DNA of 40,718 nt from a virus (lineage: Duplodnaviria > Caudoviricetes): positions 1 to 40,718 of the IMG/VR virus record IMGVR_UViG_3300033412_000034, one strand, 5' to 3'. The notes under the pieces are model-generated. The model was not told the DNA's origin, searched no databases, and worked only from the letters and a program-made list of their open reading frames with translations. Position numbers and translations under genes: made by a program. Shown in pieces: positions 35,353-40,718 of the stretch. Every line of letters starts with the position of its first letter. Position 1 is the first letter of the stretch.

Positions 35353-35759
35353 GACGGACGGCTCCGTAGCATGGTGAGGGAGCCGACTCGATAGGCGCGG
35401 TCCGACAGGCTGATCGCGAGGCGGCCTGCGCGCACGAGTTCGTCGGCGGCTTGGACCAACTCGTCGCCTGTGCCGGCCCAACTGGCGTGAACGTCGGCCA
35501 TAGCGGCGCGGCGCTCCGGGTTCGGAACGGGCGACCGCATCGCCTCGTAGAGGACTGTGGCCAGCAGCGTGCGGGCGCTGGGCGACAGATCGCGGGTGGC
35601 GATCTGGGTATGAACCCAGCTCACCGTGCGGTCGTGGTCGCCGGCAATCAGCAGTCGCCGTGCTTGAGTGAGGATCGGTTGAGACTGAGGGGTCCGACCC
35701 AGAATGGTCTCGAGCGACTTGACCGCGTCGAGGGCCTCGCGGCGAGTGAATGGCTTCAT
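35349..35759 (-). CDS. Hypothetical protein
   Basis: RBS GGAG; tight operon packing. Confidence 0.6.
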   Translation of the reverse strand: MKPFTRREALDAVKSLETILGRTPQSQPILTQARRLLIAGDHDRTVSWVHTQIATRDLSPSARTLLATVLYEAMRSPVPNPERRAAMADVHASWAGTGDELVQAADELVRAGRLAISLSDRAYRVGSLTMLRSRPS

Positions 35760-35762
35760 CAG

Positions 35763-36284
35763 CTACTCCGTGAGGTCGTCGGTGGCGCGGTCCAGGATCA
35801 TGCGGGCCAACTGCAGCGGGCTCAGACCTGCGTCGTCCTCGGACACGTAAGGCAGCAGCTTCGCCAGGATGGCTTCGGCGGAAGCAGGAGGTACGATCGG
35901 AGCGGGGGCCACGCCGCCCTCCTGTGCCATCCTGGCTCCGACCCGTTCAAAGCAGCGTCGGCGCTCGGTCGACAGCGTGCCGTCGGCCAGCTTGAACCCC
36001 CCGAGACCGTCGCCCGGCTCGCCGTAGTAAGACTTGATGGTCGACTCCGGGAACGGCACCAGTTGGTACCGGTCGGGCGGCAGGAGGCGGACGCGGCGAG
36101 CGGCGACTAGTTCGTCCAGAGCCGCTGTGCGTTCGCTCGCGCTGCCGTTCCACTGCATGCGCACGAAATACGCACTGGCGAGGCGGTCAGGGTTGCGGAG
36201 CGGCGCTACGCTGTCCACTTCGCGCGTGATGATCGACAGTAGGGTACGGGCGTTGAGCGACAGGCAATCGTGGGGTTTGGTCAT
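35763..36284 (-). CDS. Hypothetical protein
   Basis: RBS GGAG; first gene after promoter copy 3. Confidence 0.65.
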   Translation of the reverse strand: MTKPHDCLSLNARTLLSIITREVDSVAPLRNPDRLASAYFVRMQWNGSASERTAALDELVAARRVRLLPPDRYQLVPFPESTIKSYYGEPGDGLGGFKLADGTLSTERRRCFERVGARMAQEGGVAPAPIVPPASAEAILAKLLPYVSEDDAGLSPLQLARMILDRATDDLTE

Positions 36285-36332
36285 GACGGGCTCCGGGTGT
36301 CAGCTGGTCGACGTGTGGAACTACGAGCCTCT

Positions 36333-36361
36333 ATTAGAACACAGTTTTCGCAACCGCACAA
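36333..36361 (-). promoter_or_regulatory. Early sigma70-like promoter copy 3
   Basis: The - strand reads TTGTGC-ggttgcgaaaactgtgt-TCTAAT, with the same hexamers, 17-bp spacer and GTGTTCTAATA as the copies at 6782 and 8195. Confidence 0.75.
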
Positions 36362-36766
36362 TTACGCCTTTTCAGCACGGTCATCGGACGGCAAGTTGGG
36401 ATAGATGCCCATCAGCTTCTCCACTTCGCAACCCAAGTTTTGCACAACGGCCATCGGATCGAGCCGGTCGAGATTGAAGCCGTACAAGTCGTTCTCGCAC
36501 AAGCAGGCCAGCTCACCTTTACACGCTTCCTCGTAACGAGGCCGCAAGTCGACGCCGTCGATGATTTCGGCGCCGGTCGACAGCAGCACGGCGCGAATGA
36601 ACGCGTCGCGCAGATCCCGAAAGGTAATCCCTCGGATTTCGGTCGCGCCGCGCACGCCGTTGACCCTGTGGGGCTGCCCGCTGTAAGGGCGCGTGCGCAC
36701 CATGTTGTAGTCGTTGAACCCGAGGTCGTGCTCGATCTGGTCCCACAGCCGGTCGAACTCGCTCAT
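36362..36766 (-). CDS. Hypothetical protein
   Basis: RBS GAGGAGG; ATGA overlap with the methyltransferase. Confidence 0.75.
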   Translation of the reverse strand: MSEFDRLWDQIEHDLGFNDYNMVRTRPYSGQPHRVNGVRGATEIRGITFRDLRDAFIRAVLLSTGAEIIDGVDLRPRYEEACKGELACLCENDLYGFNLDRLDPMAVVQNLGCEVEKLMGIYPNLPSDDRAEKA

Positions 36767-37707
36767 GAAACCTCCTCAGTGGCTAACCCAAGTCGTTCGC
36801 GCGCGACTTGTACCCAGCGCTCGGACAAGTCGATGCCGATAAACCCGAAGCCTTCAAGCATGCATGCCTTGCCAGTCGATCCCGACCCCATGAAAAGGTC
36901 CAGGACGACCCCTCCGGGCGGCGTGACGAGGCGTACCAAGTATTGCATCAGGGAAGTGGGTTTGACCGTCGGGTGATCGTTACCGGGTCCACGGTCCGAC
37001 TTGGACACTTTGGCACAGTAGAAAAACCGCGCAGCCGACCGGCTGTCCTCGACACGCGGAGCGCGGCCATTGCTTCCTCGCCCCATCGAGCCATAAACGT
37101 TTTGCTGCGGACGGGAGCCACCACCGCGCGCGGAAGCTCGGGCGAGCTGACCAGGGGCGTCGGGAAACGCCTGCACCACTTCGTCCGAGCCGTCGTGCAC
37201 GACATTGGTCGGCCACCTACCAGACTCGGAGTAATTGTCTTTGATGTTGAGGGCTCCCGTGCCGTACAGGCGTACGTTCTCCTCCAGCGTCCCGACCAAC
37301 GGCTTGCGAGCCATGCAGATCGGATCGTGCGAAGGCTTCAGACGTGTGCCCCAACCTTCCCACTCGCCGTGCAACGAGTAGGACTTCGGGAATCCGGATG
37401 CAGTGATCCACATGAGTTGGTCTCGTACTTCAAAGCCAGCATCCTCGACCGCGCAAGCCATGCGGTGGTAAGTACGCGCACTCGAGAACACGAGCGCATG
37501 ACCGCCGGGTTTGAGCACGCGCAACACGTGGCTCCACACCTCGACTCGATTCGCGATGGTCGATTCGTCCCACCCCCGGTTTCGCTCCTGCCCAAGTCCC
37601 AAACCATAAGATGGGTCGGTGACGACCGCGTCGACGGAGTTGTCAGCTAGCGTCGGCAGGACATCCAGGCAGTCGCCGTGGAACAATTGAATTTCGTTGT
37701 TGGTCAT
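36763..37707 (-). CDS. DNA methyltransferase, N6-adenine/N4-cytosine (beta class)
   Basis: GDCLDVL, VTDPSY (motif IV variant), HPTVKP, VLDLFMGSGSTG (motif I). Confidence 0.9.
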   Translation of the reverse strand: MTNNEIQLFHGDCLDVLPTLADNSVDAVVTDPSYGLGLGQERNRGWDESTIANRVEVWSHVLRVLKPGGHALVFSSARTYHRMACAVEDAGFEVRDQLMWITASGFPKSYSLHGEWEGWGTRLKPSHDPICMARKPLVGTLEENVRLYGTGALNIKDNYSESGRWPTNVVHDGSDEVVQAFPDAPGQLARASARGGGSRPQQNVYGSMGRGSNGRAPRVEDSRSAARFFYCAKVSKSDRGPGNDHPTVKPTSLMQYLVRLVTPPGGVVLDLFMGSGSTGKACMLEGFGFIGIDLSERWVQVARERLGLATEEVS

Positions 37708-37937
37708 TTGTTGAATACGCTATCTAAGTGGCCCGAGAATTCACGCATGCTGCGCGACAACAGTGTGCGCCCGTCGTCGGCCCGGCGCGGAGCTGAAGCG
37801 TCGTCACAGTCCAAGCAGGCGAGCGAGAACGCGTCGAGCGCATCGGCGGCAGCCTGGAGCCGACGCGCGGCCTCGAGAGCAGCTTTCTTGCGCACCGCCA
37901 GCAGACGCGGCGGGATGGAGGTCGTTTCACTTGTCAT
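37704..37937 (-). CDS. Hypothetical protein
   Basis: ATGA overlap; CLDC..ADDGR. Confidence 0.65.
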   Translation of the reverse strand: MTSETTSIPPRLLAVRKKAALEAARRLQAAADALDAFSLACLDCDDASAPRRADDGRTLLSRSMREFSGHLDSVFNK

Positions 37938-38031
37938 CGCCGGCTCCCGAACGAACCCAGAAAATCAACCCGCAGAAAGCCGCGATGACGACCAGCAAAA
38001 CGACGACGCGAGCGGTCAGAGCCCAGTTCAT
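37927..38031 (-). CDS. 34-aa single-TM small protein (not in ORF track)
   Basis: Read by eye as MNWALTARVVVLLVVIAAFCGLIFWVRSGAGDDK*; RBS AGGA; fills the gap between neighbours. Confidence 0.6.
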   Translation of the reverse strand: MNWALTARVVVLLVVIAAFCGLIFWVRSGAGDDK

Positions 38032-38038
38032 GATGATG

Positions 38039-38836
38039 TTATCCTGCAGTTGTATGGAGGGTAGCCAGGAACGACCGCACTGCGATCAACGCGTCAGACA
38101 CATCAGGTCGCCTAACGGCTTCGGCACGATTGATGGCCCACAGTAAGGCATCCCTCGCTCCGACTAGCGAAGGCGACGAAGCAGTCACAAACACCAGCGG
38201 CGCGGGTTTATAACTGCAGCATTCCTCGTAAGCGTGATCCGGGAAATTGTTGTACTCGTCGCATGCGTCGCATTGCTCGCCGTCGTGGTCCGGGTGTTCG
38301 GGGCACGGCAACGGACGCTTTTGCACGTCTGTTTGGACCGTCACGTGAGTAACGATGCCAGACACTACCTGCTCGACGCCTTCACCCCAACCGTCGTCCA
38401 AGTAACTATCTATCTCGGCCTGATGGTAGCGAGCGCGCTCGGCGTTGGTGTCATACTCGTTGTAGCCGCTTTCGGGACTGTACACGAAATAGCGGGCAGG
38501 GGCGTCTATCGGCTCCACGTCGACCACGGAGTCAGAGCCAATAACTTTGTTTTGACCACTGCTCGTGGTGGCAGCCAATAAAGCCTTCAGAGCTAGGCCA
38601 GCAGAACGATCAAGCGAATTAGTGCTGAGGCACAGACCAGCCGCCTGGACCTCCAGTCGATCGCGCTGTTGGTCAGTCAAAACGACCGGCGGATCCAACC
38701 GAGCCTTATTCTCCCAGTCCTCCGGCTGTATATCCGCGACTTTGAGCGTCTGGACCGACCCGTCGTTCATTAAGTAGTCAGAATACCCCGTCGCTCTGCC
38801 CGACGCCTGTAGCTGGACGATCTTCGGTGTCATCAT
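38039..38836 (-). CDS. Modular hypothetical protein with Cys/His cluster
   Basis: ATGA overlap; CPEHPDHDGEQCDAC..CC. Confidence 0.7.
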   Translation of the reverse strand: MMTPKIVQLQASGRATGYSDYLMNDGSVQTLKVADIQPEDWENKARLDPPVVLTDQQRDRLEVQAAGLCLSTNSLDRSAGLALKALLAATTSSGQNKVIGSDSVVDVEPIDAPARYFVYSPESGYNEYDTNAERARYHQAEIDSYLDDGWGEGVEQVVSGIVTHVTVQTDVQKRPLPCPEHPDHDGEQCDACDEYNNFPDHAYEECCSYKPAPLVFVTASSPSLVGARDALLWAINRAEAVRRPDVSDALIAVRSFLATLHTTAG

Positions 38837-39735
38837 TCCCCCTTAGCCGACACGCGGGCGAGCAGGGCACGCGAAAATTCCACAATTAGCGGCGCGTTAT
38901 CCAAGTCGTAAGAATTCGCTATCGCGCGTATGTCAGTCGGCGTCAACTCCACCCGCTTGCTCTCGGACGGCTGCGATTCGGCAAGTGCGGCGTGCAGTTC
39001 TGGGCCTGATGCCGTGCGAGTCGCCATGCGCACATGTGCCGCCCCGTTATCGCCGATGGGGGCGGCGTAGACGATGCGCCGCTTATCCTCGGGCAAAGCA
39101 TCGAATATTTCCTTGGTCACCTTGCGCCACGACACTTCAAAACGGTCCTCGATGCAATGCTCATAGAGCGGCTCCCGCCCCGTCGCACCGGCAGGCGGTT
39201 TCAGTACTTGCAGCAATCTATACTCGCCGAAGGCGGTTGCCACCAGGACTTCGCCGCGCTTGAATCGGATATCATCGCCACCCGCACCTAAAATGAGATA
39301 CAGATCGTCGTTTTCGTGAGTAACTACGTACCCATTGAAAACAAAATGCCAAGGCATACCGTTGACGATGTTCGCGCCGTGATCCTTGCCATACTGGACG
39401 AATTCATCGAACGTCACCAGCGTTGCGGTCGGCTTAACCACTTGGTCGGGTGTCGCACCGGCAGACTCAATCACCGCCATTACCTTAAGCACCTGCGCCG
39501 GATCACCGAATATCGTTACGCCTTCGTGCTTGCGGATAGCATGACTCGACAACACGCGTAGAGTTGTTTCGTTCGCACCGGCAGACTGGCGGGCGGCTTG
39601 CCATCCGAGCGCGGAGAACCATGCTTCCACGGGCGTCGGCGATCTCGATGCTCGATCAATGAATCCCTTAACCCACTGAGCGGCGGCCTTTCCTGCTTCT
39701 TTCATTGCATCCGTGTTTTCTCGTTCATTGCTCAT
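38833..39735 (-). CDS. Modular hypothetical protein with SAGA linker repeats
   Basis: ATG 39735 with RBS GGAG; TCGCACCGGCAG x3 on the + strand. Confidence 0.7.
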   Translation of the reverse strand: MSNERENTDAMKEAGKAAAQWVKGFIDRASRSPTPVEAWFSALGWQAARQSAGANETTLRVLSSHAIRKHEGVTIFGDPAQVLKVMAVIESAGATPDQVVKPTATLVTFDEFVQYGKDHGANIVNGMPWHFVFNGYVVTHENDDLYLILGAGGDDIRFKRGEVLVATAFGEYRLLQVLKPPAGATGREPLYEHCIEDRFEVSWRKVTKEIFDALPEDKRRIVYAAPIGDNGAAHVRMATRTASGPELHAALAESQPSESKRVELTPTDIRAIANSYDLDNAPLIVEFSRALLARVSAKGE

Positions 39736-39944
39736 CGCTTTTCTCCAATAGGCTTGATGAACCGAGGCTTGCCCGACTCGTCGATAAGATGCGCCGGAAC
39801 TTGATCCCGCAAGCACGCCGGCACCTGTTCGGTGTGCCGTCCGCAGCAGTGACACTTCACGCCCATACATGCCGCGTTCTGTGGAAATCCGTTTGCGCAT
39901 AGATGCGGTCCGGCTATATACGCGCTACAGGCTTCGTGATTCAC
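39732..39944 (-). CDS. Small Cys-rich protein
   Basis: GTGA and ATGA overlaps; RBS GGGGAG; CHCCG. Confidence 0.6.
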   Translation of the reverse strand: MNHEACSAYIAGPHLCANGFPQNAACMGVKCHCCGRHTEQVPACLRDQVPAHLIDESGKPRFIKPIGEKR

Positions 39945-40718
39945 GTCGGCTCCCCTTTCGCAGCGGCGCGGTCGATGCGTTCGAATCGACCGTCGTGGAA
40001 CTCGCCATACGGACGCGTCCAAGTCTCACCAGTTTTGATATTGCGATACGTCACGACGACAGCCTTCGGGTCGCGCTCCATTCTTGACTCGGCCACGAAG
40101 TTATAAACGCCGCCTGTCTTTTTGTGGCGCCAAAGCACATCCCGCGCCGCCTCGCTCATCGTCGGGGCAGTGGCGATGCGGCATCGCAAATCATGGACGT
40201 AGGCGAGCAAATCGCGAAAATCATCAATGGCAACTGAAACATTTGCTACATGGCATGTGTAAAGCTTTGCGCTCATCTTCGCAATCAACGAAACGTTTTC
40301 CTCCGTCTCCCGCCCCTCAGCAGGCTGCGTCGGCGCGATGGACTCCGTTACTTCATGGCATTCGGGGCAAAGGTTGTTCGGGGCGCCGTGCTTCATTTGC
40401 ACGGTTTCAGATGCGGGGCCGACCCATCTGCAGTTTTCGTTACAGCATTCCCGCCCCTCAGCAGGCGCGGCGCTGGCTAGCCGATCGCGCAGCAAGTGAA
40501 GCCAGTTCTCGCAACTTTCCGTGTCGCCGTGCTCGTTGCAATACAGTGCCTGCGCGATGATTTCGGGGTTGCTGCCTTTGTAGGTATCGGCGGGCTCCCG
40601 CCCCTCAGCAGGCGCAGCGCTGGCGCGCTCAATGTCTCGCGCGAAGTCGAAGAGCCACGGGTTGTATTTCGGCTCTTCGCCGACTCTGTAGCTTTCGATA
40701 GGGTATTTCTTTGCGATC
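39941..40718 (-). CDS. Modular protein with PAEGRE linker repeats and C-terminal DUF1653-like domain (5' end outside window)
   Basis: The frame is open to the window edge; WRHKKTGGVY..VVTYR..GETWTRPYGEFHDGRF. Confidence 0.75.
   Translation of the reverse strand, partial: IAKKYPIESYRVGEEPKYNPWLFDFARDIERASAAPAEGREPADTYKGSNPEIIAQALYCNEHGDTESCENWLHLLRDRLASAAPAEGRECCNENCRWVGPASETVQMKHGAPNNLCPECHEVTESIAPTQPAEGRETEENVSLIAKMSAKLYTCHVANVSVAIDDFRDLLAYVHDLRCRIATAPTMSEAARDVLWRHKKTGGVYNFVAESRMERDPKAVVVTYRNIKTGETWTRPYGEFHDGRFERIDRAAAKGEPT

Noticed and set aside
40308-40625. CRISPR-like repeat-spacer array
   Set aside because: The repeats are 18 bp with ~125-bp spacers, lie in frame within an ORF, and there are no cas genes.
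1-40718. tRNA/rRNA genes, integrase, att sites
   Set aside because: No cloverleaf with a T-loop in intergenic gaps and no recombinase motifs were recognised; lifestyle cannot be determined from this window.

Overview
This window is a ~65% GC segment of a tailed dsDNA phage or prophage, probably a myovirus; a betaproteobacterial (Burkholderia-like) host is inferred from gene style only. The + strand (1-15.3 kb) carries an HU-like gene, a sigma-like gene, a Mor-like activator, TerS, a TerL with a LAGLIDADG intein in its Walker A motif, and a second HU. These are followed by dCMP deaminase, many small early ORFs behind repeated sigma70-like promoters, thyA, dut, and a self-contained two-gene operon of signal-peptide proteins (a Ser/Gly/Thr-rich putative fibre or amyloid subunit plus a 4-Cys partner). 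The - strand (15.3-40.7 kb) carries modular hypothetical proteins with repeated linkers, a DNA methyltransferase, baseplate genes, a tail fibre with its chaperone and two paralogous stand-alone tip-domain genes, a free-standing HNH endonuclease between direct repeats, a DUF4815-type protein, two Cys/His-rich DUF6527-like genes, and an extended lysis cassette (holin, GH108 endolysin, membrane proteins, two lipoproteins, class-3 lipase). I recognised no portal, capsid, sheath, tape measure, integrase, reverse transcriptase, tRNA or CRISPR array. All family calls come from motif recognition by eye, with no database searches.
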